This document shows, one piece after another, positions 29,021 through 38,133 of a DNA stretch of 64,000 nucleotides. The stretch covers positions 731,726 to 795,725 of the forward strand of contig CAVOVB010000003.1 in the NCBI GenBank assembly GCA_963699755.1, given 5' to 3'. The stretch's first letter is position 1. Each line of letters begins with the position of its first letter. The notes beneath the pieces are model-generated. The model was not told where the DNA came from. It made no database searches and saw only the letters and a list, made by a program, of their open reading frames with translations. The translations under genes and the position numbers were made by a program. This DNA comes from an uncultured delta proteobacterium. GTDB lineage: Bacteria > Myxococcota_A > Polyangia > Polyangiales > Houyiibacteriaceae.

Positions 29021-30313
29021 ATGTCAGGGCGATTGGTCGATCAGCTGGTGGATGCCGGACTCGTCAACGCGGCCCAGGTCCGCGCAGGCGATTTCGGCGA
29101 CCCGCTCGTGCCATCGGGCCAAGTCGTGCAGAGCCTCGTCGCCCAAGGCCTCGACGAGCGCGCTCTGGCTGGCTTCTTCGTCAGTCTCGGATTTGGTCCC
29201 ATGCTTCGATCCCCCGAGCTCGCGCGCGCAGATGAAAATCTGGTTCGACGATTGCCGGGAACGCTAGCGCACGATCTTTGTGCCATGCCCCTGCGCGCGA
29301 GCCGGGTAGGTGCTGTCGTTGCGATGGCCGACCCAAGCGACGAGCCGTCGGTGGCCAAGCTCAGAGACGCGCTCGGGGAAGCCATCTTGCCGACGGTGGC
29401 AAAGCTCTCCGATCTCCTGGAGTCAATCGACCGTGCCTACCCTCCGAAGCGGTCCCCGCTGCTCACCGACCCCTTGGCGCTTTCCCGGACGCGAAAGCAA
29501 ACGCCCACCGATGCCGTGCCACTGGTTAACACAAAGCCGGCAAGCGGCACCGACGAGACCCATCGTTCGTTCGACCCGATGTTTTCGGAGCTACCATCGA
29601 GCGCCAGCCCTGTGTGGGATCGCGCCTGGAGTCGCTCGATGCCCGAGCGCGATGTTTCGCTCACGCCTAGGGCGAACCGCATTCCACTGCCTGGCCTCTC
29701 GACGGCTTTGACGCCGCGGGCCTTCGCACCGCCTCCGAACACCCCCCATGCCGAGGCTCCGCCTCCACTCACCACGGACCCTAGCGAAGAATCATCGCTG
29801 CGTTGGCCTTCTACGGTTCAGCCTCCGTCAGCGTCGGACCCGGCGATCGACGCTCAGCTCGGAGAGCTTCGTCGCGTCGGATCGCGCGACGAAGTTGTGC
29901 GCCTCGCCTGTCAGGCCTGCTTGGCCGTGGCGCGGGGCGCGGCGTTCCTTGCGCTTCGCAAGGGTGTCTTTCGCGGTTGGGACGGAGCGGGAGACCAGGT
30001 GACCAGCGCAGGCATTCGGAGCCTTTGGATACCCGCGAGCAATCCCTCGATTCTCAATGAAGTCCTCCACAGCGGAAGGGTCTTCCGTGGCGGCTATGGA
30101 CAAACGGCGGCCGATCATCTCTTCCGGGCAGCACTTGGCAGTCACGGTCGGGACGTCGTCGTGACGCCCGTGCTGGTCGGCACGCGGATGGTCGGCGTGC
30201 TCTGCGCCAATGAGCCGATTTCCCAGTCGGCCGCCGTGGAACGGATCGCCGAGGCGATGGGCGAGGCTTTCGAGAGGCTCATCGTGTCCCAGAAATCTGC
30301 CGCTAATCGATGA
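29021..30313 (+). CDS. GspE/PilB N-terminal-like domain protein with C-terminal GAF-like region
   Basis: VVAMADPSD motif, Pro-rich linker, GAF-like C-terminus; no ATPase domain. Confidence 0.65.
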   Translation: MSGRLVDQLVDAGLVNAAQVRAGDFGDPLVPSGQVVQSLVAQGLDERALAGFFVSLGFGPMLRSPELARADENLVRRLPGTLAHDLCAMPLRASRVGAVVAMADPSDEPSVAKLRDALGEAILPTVAKLSDLLESIDRAYPPKRSPLLTDPLALSRTRKQTPTDAVPLVNTKPASGTDETHRSFDPMFSELPSSASPVWDRAWSRSMPERDVSLTPRANRIPLPGLSTALTPRAFAPPPNTPHAEAPPPLTTDPSEESSLRWPSTVQPPSASDPAIDAQLGELRRVGSRDEVVRLACQACLAVARGAAFLALRKGVFRGWDGAGDQVTSAGIRSLWIPASNPSILNEVLHSGRVFRGGYGQTAADHLFRAALGSHGRDVVVTPVLVGTRMVGVLCANEPISQSAAVERIAEAMGEAFERLIVSQKSAANR

Positions 30314-31001
30314 AAACGGCCCCGTGGCCGGGGTCGGCAGCCTTGGCCAGGCGCAACAGGCGACGACGCTCCCGAAGGACGGACGACGCATAGCCGTTCC
30401 GTTTGTCGCAGCGTCCCGAATTGTACCAGGCCAGTCCTTTCTGTACGTCTCCGCCACAGCGGCTGACCGCCCACGTGTAGAGGCCGAGACCCGCTTCGAG
30501 CACCTCCCGCTGACATGCGCCGGGACGCCGGCTGCACTTCTTTCGGTATTGCTCATTATAGATGAATGGAACGGTCTTACCGCGGTACTTGGGGTTGAGC
30601 TGCACAACGCCGCGCGCGCCCGCAGGACTGACGGCCAGAGGGTTGAGGCCCGACTCTCGGATCGCGATGCTGGCGGTGAGGAATGGATCGACGCCTGCCC
30701 GGTTGCTCGCCTCGGTGATGAGCCGCGACAGAGTCGCGATCCGCGCGCGGCATCCGCCTTCGCTCAGGCGACAGTGCTGCACGTGGATGGGTTTCCCTTC
30801 CCGACTCTCGCGGACGATCAGGCGGGCATCGATCGCGCGCGCAAGCGCGAGCGAGCTCGGATGATCACCGAGCGCAATCCGATAGGTGTGACCTGCCTCG
30901 GCAGACATCGGCAGCTCTTCGATGAACGAGCGACCCGCTTCTGATGGCGTGTCCCACGCGCTGAGAACAATGATACCGATGACCAATAGTGCGATTCGCA
31001 T
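30303..31001 (-). CDS. Lytic transglycosylase (SLT domain)
   Basis: Signal peptide; IRESGLNPLAVSPAGARGVVQL; AWYNSG. Confidence 0.85.
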   Translation of the reverse strand: MRIALLVIGIIVLSAWDTPSEAGRSFIEELPMSAEAGHTYRIALGDHPSSLALARAIDARLIVRESREGKPIHVQHCRLSEGGCRARIATLSRLITEASNRAGVDPFLTASIAIRESGLNPLAVSPAGARGVVQLNPKYRGKTVPFIYNEQYRKKCSRRPGACQREVLEAGLGLYTWAVSRCGGDVQKGLAWYNSGRCDKRNGYASSVLRERRRLLRLAKAADPGHGAVFID

Positions 31002-31092
31002 GACTCGCTCCCGATAACCATCAACCGGTCGAAACGGTAGGGCATGCGCTTACCTTGCGCTACCCGCAGGTGGCGCCACTGTCTCTATTTGG

Positions 31093-32808
31093 CTACAGTT
31101 GCTCGGCTTGGGTGTCGGGTTCGGCGACGGACTCTTCGAGCTTTTTATCAGTATCTTCGGATGTTTCCGGAGCCGATTCCCGATCTGCTTCCGGCTCGGG
31201 CGTTTCCATCTCGGAGGTTTCCAAGCTTGCCGCCTCCTGACCCGAATCACTCCAATCGGAGGATTCATCGCGGCGACTCTCCTGGCCCTCCTCGTCGCGT
31301 CCGCCACGTCGTCGACCCCGTCGTCGGCCGCGGCGCCGCCTGTTGTTCTCCGGATCTCGGTTTTCGTCGGAGCTGGTCGCTGGTGCGCCAGTGCTTGCGC
31401 CGCTGCTGGCGCTGCGCGTCGTACCGCCACTGAGCGAGTCGAGAAGATCGACATCGAGCACTGCCAAGGGCAGCGATGCGCGTTGTATCCCGACGCCGAC
31501 TTCTTCCATCGATACCGCAAGCGCGTCCCCGTCGAACACCGCACACGGCGCGGCGCCTTCGGCATGGGCTTCCCCGAGAGTGCCCTCGCGCACCTGGCCC
31601 AAGGTGATCAGCCAGCCGATACGTGCGTGATCGAAACGATGCAGCCCGCCGCGGAGCGCCACGACGGCGTCGTTGCTGATCTGTTGGTTGCCGCGATAGA
31701 TGGTGATCGCCAGCGGGGTTTCTTCCGGACCCCGGCGGAGCATGCCGGCGAGGCTGAAGTCCCCCGCATCGGCGCGGACGCCCCGAAGCGAATGGACGCC
31801 GACCGCATTGAGCCAGGTCGCCAGGAGCTCGAGCAAGGCGCCATCGGGAAGGTCACGCAGGCGCTTGACGAATGCTCGGCGGACCCCCTGGCGCTGCCTG
31901 TCGGCGGCGCGTACTGCGTCTCGCTCGGCGTTCACGGCATCACTGGGGAGGTCCCATTCGAGGAGCCCGAGGAGCCCATCCGCCTCGCGGAACCTCGGAC
32001 GCCCGCCCGCCGCCCGGCGCTTGGCGTTGTCGCCCCGCACAGCGGCACCGAGGGTGGGGGCCAGGAGTGCCGGGGTCCCAGCGAGCCGGCCGCTGTCGAT
32101 CAGCGCTTCGGCGACCTGGGCGAGAGTCCTCGCCCTGCGGCTGCCGCCGCGAAGGGTCGTTTCGATGGCATCCGAAAGGTCCCGACCCACGGGCTCGCCT
32201 GGTTCAGCGGCCCTGGTCGCCGGCGCCGGAGGCTCCTTGCGGGTACGGTCGCGTGGGCCCGGGCGTCGCTCAGGTCGGGCATCTGCGCTTGGTCCACCCT
32301 CGGAGTCCCGTTCACGGCGTCGGCGGGGCCGGCGCTTCCGCGGCTTGCGGGCCTCGCGCGAATCGTCATCGAGATTCGCGAGAATCAGCTCATCGTCGTC
32401 GTCTTCCTCAGGGAAAACCTCAGCGCCTGGAAGATCTTGCGCAGGAATCCTCATCTCTTCCTCAGGCTCGGCCCCTTCCTCTTCGGTGCTGGCTTCTCCT
32501 TCGAGCGCGTCGAAGGCGTCGGGGGCGTCGGGGGCGTCGCTCTCAGGAACCGCGGTTTCCGCCTCGTCTGCGACCACATCTTCGGAGAATTCGCGCAGGG
32601 CGAAGACCCCGGGCTTGACCTTGAGAATCGGAGCATCGCCGCGGTCCTTCTTGACCATGGTGGCGAGCCTCGAGCTCATCGTTGTTTCTGGAGTTTTCCC
32701 GACGTGCGAAAGAAGGTTCCTCTCAATCGCGATTTCGGTAATTTTCTTGTAGTGGAGGGGTTTCCCGACCGAGCGGAGAACCTCCACGGCTGCTTCCGTG
32801 AATGTCAT
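31093..32808 (-). CDS. HARE-HTH protein with a degenerate Mrr-like C-terminal domain
   Basis: MTFTEAAVEVLRSVGKPLHYKKITEIAI...GKTPETTM; second winged-helix-like segment; Mrr-like GWLITLG...FDGDAL. Confidence 0.75.
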   Translation of the reverse strand: MTFTEAAVEVLRSVGKPLHYKKITEIAIERNLLSHVGKTPETTMSSRLATMVKKDRGDAPILKVKPGVFALREFSEDVVADEAETAVPESDAPDAPDAFDALEGEASTEEEGAEPEEEMRIPAQDLPGAEVFPEEDDDDELILANLDDDSREARKPRKRRPRRRRERDSEGGPSADARPERRPGPRDRTRKEPPAPATRAAEPGEPVGRDLSDAIETTLRGGSRRARTLAQVAEALIDSGRLAGTPALLAPTLGAAVRGDNAKRRAAGGRPRFREADGLLGLLEWDLPSDAVNAERDAVRAADRQRQGVRRAFVKRLRDLPDGALLELLATWLNAVGVHSLRGVRADAGDFSLAGMLRRGPEETPLAITIYRGNQQISNDAVVALRGGLHRFDHARIGWLITLGQVREGTLGEAHAEGAAPCAVFDGDALAVSMEEVGVGIQRASLPLAVLDVDLLDSLSGGTTRSASSGASTGAPATSSDENRDPENNRRRRGRRRGRRRGGRDEEGQESRRDESSDWSDSGQEAASLETSEMETPEPEADRESAPETSEDTDKKLEESVAEPDTQAEQL

Positions 32809-33335
32809 TTTTCTGTTCGTTCCTGTCACTCCGGTGGGCGATATGAGCCGCTGCGACGGGGAGCTGGGATTCGCTCCACCCGCGCACTGTCGTGTTGCCC
32901 CGGGGGCTGTTGGACAAGCTCGTTCGCACTCCGACCGGACAAAAGCGGTTGTTGATTGGATTTGTGGGTCAGGAGACCCGTTCGTGTCTTCTCTCGGTAA
33001 CACCGAGCCCGCGGCGAGGCAACGAAACGGGCCTCGAAAGGCGACAAATCTCCCCCTCGTCCAATCGCCCGTGCAGGTCCCAGGACGGTTGCATGGCTTA
33101 ATCCCTGTGGATTTGACTTTGGGAGAGCCGGGGCCCATACGGCGAGTTTGCGGGTAATTGGCTCTGGCCGATCGCCGCTGTTACAGGCACAAGGTCATGG
33201 GCAGGGGGGCTTTGTGTCAGATGGGCGTCGCTGCTGTGGCACGCGAGACACGAGCTCCGCAGCCTGCTCCGGCTTCTGAGGGCGAAGTGCGGTTGGCCCG
33301 CTCTTCGCATGGGTAGCGCGGCAGAGGAGAACGGA

Positions 33336-34331
33336 ATGAGGAACAAAGAGATTGGCATACTGCTCGGGGGCGTCAGCGCGGAGCGCGACATCTCCCTCAA
33401 GACCGGCGAAGCCATGTTCGAAGCGCTCAAGGCCCGCGGCTACCGAGTTCAGAAGGTCTTCGTTGACGGGGATATCGACCGGGTGCTCCGGCAGACCCGC
33501 ATCGACGTCGCGGTGATCGCCCTTCATGGCACCTACGGCGAGGATGGATGTATCCAGGGAATGCTCGAAATCATGGGCATCCCGTACACCGGATCGGGCG
33601 TCCTTTCGAGCGCTCTGGCGATGGACAAGCTCAAGAGCAAGGAGCTTTTTCGACTCCACAACGTTCCCACGCCTTCGTACTACGTGTTGCGGCGAGACGA
33701 CCTCGACCGTCTCGAGCAGATCCATGGCTCCTTTGGGTTCCCGAGCTTCGTGAAGCCCCGGAGCGGCGGCTCGAGCGTCGGTGCGGGAGCGGCCACGAAT
33801 CTGAGCGAGCTTTACGAGCGCTGCGAGGACTCGGCGCGTTTCGACCACTGGATCCTGGTCGAACGTTTGATTCGCGGCCGCGAGGTGGCGGTTGGCATTC
33901 TCGATGGGAGCGCGCTCGGCGCCATTGAAATCGAGCCCAAGGGTGGCTTCTACGACTACAAGTCGAAGTACCAGAAGGGACAGAGCGAGTACCATTTCCC
34001 TGCCCGGCTTTCGCCGACTCGCTACCAGTGCGTGCTGAATCTCGCCGAGCGAGCGGTTCATGCGGTGGGCGCGACCGGAGCGTGTCGCGTCGACCTCCTG
34101 GTGACCTCGGATGAGAACGAATACGTGCTCGAGGTGAACACCCTGCCCGGCATGACGCCTACGTCCTTGCTCCCCAAAATCGCGGCAGGGGCCGGCTATG
34201 ACTTCGGTGACCTCTGCGAGGCCATCCTAGAGCGGGCTGCCCTACACATCGGCGAGGGGCTTCCAAGCGTCTCTGAGGCCGAGCGCGCCGCATTCGGGGC
34301 TCGTCGGGTGCCGATCGCGCCCGCCGAATAG
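33336..34331 (+). CDS. ddl: D-alanine--D-alanine ligase
   Basis: GGVSAERDISL, LHGTYGEDG, GSSVG, YDYKSKY and EVNTLPGMT motifs. Confidence 0.96.
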   Translation: MRNKEIGILLGGVSAERDISLKTGEAMFEALKARGYRVQKVFVDGDIDRVLRQTRIDVAVIALHGTYGEDGCIQGMLEIMGIPYTGSGVLSSALAMDKLKSKELFRLHNVPTPSYYVLRRDDLDRLEQIHGSFGFPSFVKPRSGGSSVGAGAATNLSELYERCEDSARFDHWILVERLIRGREVAVGILDGSALGAIEIEPKGGFYDYKSKYQKGQSEYHFPARLSPTRYQCVLNLAERAVHAVGATGACRVDLLVTSDENEYVLEVNTLPGMTPTSLLPKIAAGAGYDFGDLCEAILERAALHIGEGLPSVSEAERAAFGARRVPIAPAE

Positions 34332-34405
34332 TGCAATCCCGCGCCCACGAGCTCGTCATACGGGGGGTCCACCCTCGCGGCGACCGAATCTCTCTATGAT
34401 CATTC

Positions 34406-34436
34406 TTGACAATACCGATGTGGGAACACATAGATC
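34406..34436 (+). promoter_or_regulatory. Putative sigma70 promoter of the cys operon
   Basis: Perfect TTGACA at 34406; only a weak -10 downstream. Confidence 0.45.
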
Positions 34437-34444
34437 ACCGTCCG

Positions 34445-34897
34445 GTGAAACTCTCGAATAAGGGCCGATATGGCGTCCGAGCCATTTTCGACATCGCTTT
34501 TCACAGCGGTGGCAGCGCCACGCAGATCAAAGACATCTCGCGTCGGCAGGCCATCCCGCCGCGGTTCCTCGAGCAAATTTTTCAGGACCTCAAGCGAGCC
34601 GGGTTGGTGACGTCCAAGCGTGGGCCCCGAGGCGGTTACGCTCTATCGATGACCGCGGACGATATACGGCTCGGTGACATCGTGCGAGCCCTCGAAGGAC
34701 CCGTCGTGCTGGCGGGCCACGACGGGAATGGCGATGCTGACGAAACCAGCCGCGTCGTGACTGAAACCGTCTTCTCAGAGCTTTCTGAAAGCATCGAGGC
34801 GTGCTTCGACGCGGTCACGATCCAAGATCTATGTGATCGAGGCGATTCGCACGGCATTCGACGCGCCCCGCCTCGACGTTACGTGTATTCAATCTGA
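34445..34897 (+). CDS. Rrf2-family regulator, CymR-like
   Basis: KGRYGVRA, FLEQIF and RGPRGGY motifs; lacks the IscR Fe-S cysteine triad; C-terminus YVYSI. Confidence 0.88.
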   Translation: MKLSNKGRYGVRAIFDIAFHSGGSATQIKDISRRQAIPPRFLEQIFQDLKRAGLVTSKRGPRGGYALSMTADDIRLGDIVRALEGPVVLAGHDGNGDADETSRVVTETVFSELSESIEACFDAVTIQDLCDRGDSHGIRRAPPRRYVYSI

Positions 34898-35823
34898 TGT
34901 CCCCAGTGGTTGTCGATAGCGTGCTCGATTTGGTGGGTGAAACTCCGGTAGTGCGTTTGCGCAATCTCTCCCCCGAAGGCGGCGCGACGATTTGGGGCAA
35001 GTGCGAGCACCTCAATCCTGGTGGTTCGGTCAAAGATCGGATCTGCCTCGCGATGATCGAAGCAGCCGAAGCGGAGGGCCGATTGAAGCCGGGCGACACT
35101 ATTGTCGAGCCTACGAGTGGCAACACCGGCATCGGCCTGGCGCTGGTCTGCGCGCGTAAGGGCTACAAGCTCGTGCTCACAATGCCTGCGAGCATGTCGC
35201 TCGAGCGGCGTGCCCTGCTCGAGGCATACGGAGTAGAAATCGTGCTGACCGAGCCCGATCGGGTGATGGAAGGAGCGATGGAAGCAGCGCGCCGCATCGT
35301 CGAAGAGCGGGGCGCGTTCATGCCCGAGCAGTTTTCGAATCCGGCCAATCCAGGTGTGCACCGTCGCACGACCGCGCCAGAGCTGCTGCGGGCGTTCGAA
35401 GCACAAAGCATCGACGCCTTCGTGGCTGCGGTTGGCACGGGAGGAACCGTGAGTGGCGTCGGCGAGGCACTGAAGGCGCGCAATCCCGAGACCCGCGTAT
35501 TCGCGGTGGAACCAGCCGCGAGCCCCGTGCTGATCGGTGGTCCTCCGGGGCCGACCAAAATCCAAGGGCTCAACGCAGGCTTCATTCCAGACAACTACCA
35601 TGGCGATGTCGTCGACGAGGTCATCGGCGTGAGCGATCAGGACGCCTGGGAGACCAAGCTCGCGCTCGCCAAGCGAGAGGGTCTGCTTCTCGGCATCAGT
35701 GCGGGCGCAAACGTTTGGGCTGCGATCGAAGTCGCCAAGCAACTCGGGCCGGACAAAACGGTCGCGACCATTCTCTGCGACACCGGCGAGCGCTACTTCA
35801 GCTTGGGGGAGTACTTCAAGTGA
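34897..35823 (+). CDS. cysK: Cysteine synthase A
   Basis: NPGGSVKDRI, EPTSGNTGIG, GTGGT, KIQG and CDTGERY motifs. Confidence 0.93.
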   Translation: MSPVVVDSVLDLVGETPVVRLRNLSPEGGATIWGKCEHLNPGGSVKDRICLAMIEAAEAEGRLKPGDTIVEPTSGNTGIGLALVCARKGYKLVLTMPASMSLERRALLEAYGVEIVLTEPDRVMEGAMEAARRIVEERGAFMPEQFSNPANPGVHRRTTAPELLRAFEAQSIDAFVAAVGTGGTVSGVGEALKARNPETRVFAVEPAASPVLIGGPPGPTKIQGLNAGFIPDNYHGDVVDEVIGVSDQDAWETKLALAKREGLLLGISAGANVWAAIEVAKQLGPDKTVATILCDTGERYFSLGEYFK

Positions 35824-36527
35824 AAGACGCGCATCGCGTTCTCGTCGTCGGAGCAGGTGGCCTCGGCTCTCCGGTGCTTCGCTTGCTCGCGCGGAGCGGC
35901 ATCGCGCACATCACGGTCATCGATGACGACCGCGTGGAGGAAAGCAATCTTCACCGGCAGACGCTCTACCAAAGCGACGACGTCGGGCGCTCGAAGATCG
36001 AGCGCGCAGTCGAAGTGCTTCGCGAGATTTCGCCAAGGCTTTCGGTGCACGCGATCGAAGGCCGCTTCGTACCGGAGAGGGCCATGGAGCTCTTGAAAGA
36101 GCACAGCCTCGTGGTCGAAGGCGCGGACAACCTCGCGACCAAGTTTCTCGTTGCCGATGCCGCGCACCTCTGCGCGGTCCCTGCAGTGCAGGCGGGCGCA
36201 GTTCGTTGGGCCGGCTGGGCGTTCTGCGGACTGCCCGATTCGGCTTGCCTCCGCTGCCTCTTCGAGGACATCCCCCCGGACCGACTCGAGACCTGCGCCG
36301 AAGCGGGCGTGCTTGGCCCGGTCGTTGGTGTCCTCGGCGCTCTCGAGGCGGCTCTAGTATTTCGCCTGCTCCAGGGGGAACGTCCGGGAGGCCAGCTTTG
36401 GCACTATGATGCGCTCAAAGGCGCCCTTCGAAAGACCTTCGTGCGCCGACGCGGGGACTGCCCCCTGTGCAAAGGGGAGATTCAGGACCTACGCACGGAG
36501 CGGTACATGGCAGTTTGCGCTGCCTGA
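35820..36527 (+). CDS. ThiF/MoeB E1-like adenylyltransferase lacking the N-terminal RYxRQ segment
   Basis: GAGGLG, SNLHRQ, CLRC, TCAEAGVLG and CPLC; GTG start overlaps the cysK stop. Confidence 0.9.
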   Translation: MKDAHRVLVVGAGGLGSPVLRLLARSGIAHITVIDDDRVEESNLHRQTLYQSDDVGRSKIERAVEVLREISPRLSVHAIEGRFVPERAMELLKEHSLVVEGADNLATKFLVADAAHLCAVPAVQAGAVRWAGWAFCGLPDSACLRCLFEDIPPDRLETCAEAGVLGPVVGVLGALEAALVFRLLQGERPGGQLWHYDALKGALRKTFVRRRGDCPLCKGEIQDLRTERYMAVCAA

Positions 36528-36566
36528 TTCATTCTCCCATTTGTTGGGACTCAGAAAGGAACGAAA

Positions 36567-36848
36567 ATGGCTGTTACGGTACGCATTCCAACCCCACTCC
36601 GGACCTTGACCGGCGGAGCAGACGAAGTCTCCGTGGACGGTGGCACGGTGTCCGAGGTGATCGAAAGCCTCGAGGCCAACCACCCGGGCATGAAAGACCG
36701 CCTCTGCGACGAGAAGGGCGTGCGCCGCTTCGTGAACATCTACGCGAACGACGAGGATATTCGCTTCCTCGACAATCTCGAGACCACGCTCAAGGAGGGC
36801 GACACCCTGAGCATCGTTCCGGCTATCGCGGGCGGGGCCTTGCGTTGA
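36567..36848 (+). CDS. MoaD/ThiS/CysO-like ubiquitin-fold sulfur carrier, precursor ending GG-ALR
   Basis: VRIPTPLR...RRFVNIYANDEDIRFL...IVPAIAGGALR. Confidence 0.92.
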   Translation: MAVTVRIPTPLRTLTGGADEVSVDGGTVSEVIESLEANHPGMKDRLCDEKGVRRFVNIYANDEDIRFLDNLETTLKEGDTLSIVPAIAGGALR

Positions 36849-37210
36849 GCCTCGACGCCGCAGCACGGCGTCGGTACGCGCGTCAGCTTCTTCTCGGTGA
36901 AATCGGGGAGATAGGCCAGGAGCTTCTGCTCGCTGCCCGATTTCGCTGCAGCGCGGACGGCGATCCGTACGCATACGCTGTGGCCGCGGAGTATCTCGAA
37001 CGGGCGGGCTGCTCCGCGGACGAGGATGGCGCCGTCTTGCCGGTCCCGACTCCGGCCGAAGTCATGCGCTTTGCGGGGTCCCCCGCCCTCGCGAGGCCCG
37101 CCGCGGCGATCATGGGTGCATTCACTGCGGTCGAGTACCTGAAGGAGGTTGTCGGCCTCGCGGCCGCGAGCGAGCTTTCCGGCGAGCTGAGATTGAGTAG
37201 CGAGGATTGA
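36845..37210 (+). CDS. Truncated pseudo-E1 (ThiF N-terminal segment plus C-terminal helix)
   Basis: RRYARQLLLGEIGEIGQELL and AAAIMGAFTAVEYLK; no GxGxxG and no Zn motif; overlaps both neighbours. Confidence 0.7.
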   Translation: MSLDAAARRRYARQLLLGEIGEIGQELLLAARFRCSADGDPYAYAVAAEYLERAGCSADEDGAVLPVPTPAEVMRFAGSPALARPAAAIMGAFTAVEYLKEVVGLAAASELSGELRLSSED

Positions 37211-38133
37211 TGCGCTTTCGCAAGATAGAGTCGATCGTCGAGGCGGTCGGGAACACCCCGATGGTGCGCTTGCGTTCGCTCGAAAAGGACGCGCCCGGGA
37301 CCAAGATCTATCTCAAGCTCGAGTACGCGAATCCCGGAGGCTCGGTGAAGGACCGCCCTGCCCGCCAGATGATGCTGGATGCAATCGAAGACGGTCGGCT
37401 TCGCAGCGACAAGATTCTGATCGACGCGACCAGCGGCAACACCGGTGTCGCATACAGCTTGCTTGGCGCCGCGATGGGCTACCGCGTTCAGCTCGTGATG
37501 CCGTCCAACGTCTCGCAGGCGCGCAAGGACATCAGCATGGCGTTCGGCACCGAGATCATTTACAGCGACCCGATGGAAGGCTCCGACGGTGCGATCCGAA
37601 AGGTGCGCCGGATGGTAGCCGAGGATCCAGATCGCTACTTCTACCCCGACCAGTACTCGAATCCGTCAAATCCAAAGGCGCACTACCTCGGCACCGGAGA
37701 GGAGATCATCGAGCAGGTCGGCGATGAGCTCACGCACTTCGTGGCTGGGATCGGAACCAGCGGAACCATCATGGGAACGACGCGGCGACTTCATGAGTAC
37801 AGTCGCAGGATCCAATGCATCGCGGTCGAGCCGGCCGAAGCGCTGCACGGTCTCGAAGGCCTCAAGCACATGGCGAGCTCGCTCGTCCCAGAGATTTACG
37901 ACCCGACGGTTCCTGATGAGATTCTGCCCATCGGCACCGATGCGGGCTGGGACATGTCCGACCGCCTGGCGGCCGAAGAGGGCCTGCACGTCGGGCATTC
38001 GACGGGCGCGAACGTAGCAGCGGCGATCCAAGTGGCCAAGCGCGCTGACGCGAGCTGTGTCCTCGCGATCGCCTGCGACCGGGGCGACCGGTACTTCGCG
38101 CCGATGAAATGGGAGAAGCACTATGAGTGGTGA
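37210..38133 (+). CDS. cysM: Second PLP-dependent cysteine synthase (CysM-like)
   Basis: NPGGSVKDRPA, DATSGNTG, GTSGT, HGLEGLK and CDRGDRY motifs. Confidence 0.85.
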   Translation: MRFRKIESIVEAVGNTPMVRLRSLEKDAPGTKIYLKLEYANPGGSVKDRPARQMMLDAIEDGRLRSDKILIDATSGNTGVAYSLLGAAMGYRVQLVMPSNVSQARKDISMAFGTEIIYSDPMEGSDGAIRKVRRMVAEDPDRYFYPDQYSNPSNPKAHYLGTGEEIIEQVGDELTHFVAGIGTSGTIMGTTRRLHEYSRRIQCIAVEPAEALHGLEGLKHMASSLVPEIYDPTVPDEILPIGTDAGWDMSDRLAAEEGLHVGHSTGANVAAAIQVAKRADASCVLAIACDRGDRYFAPMKWEKHYEW

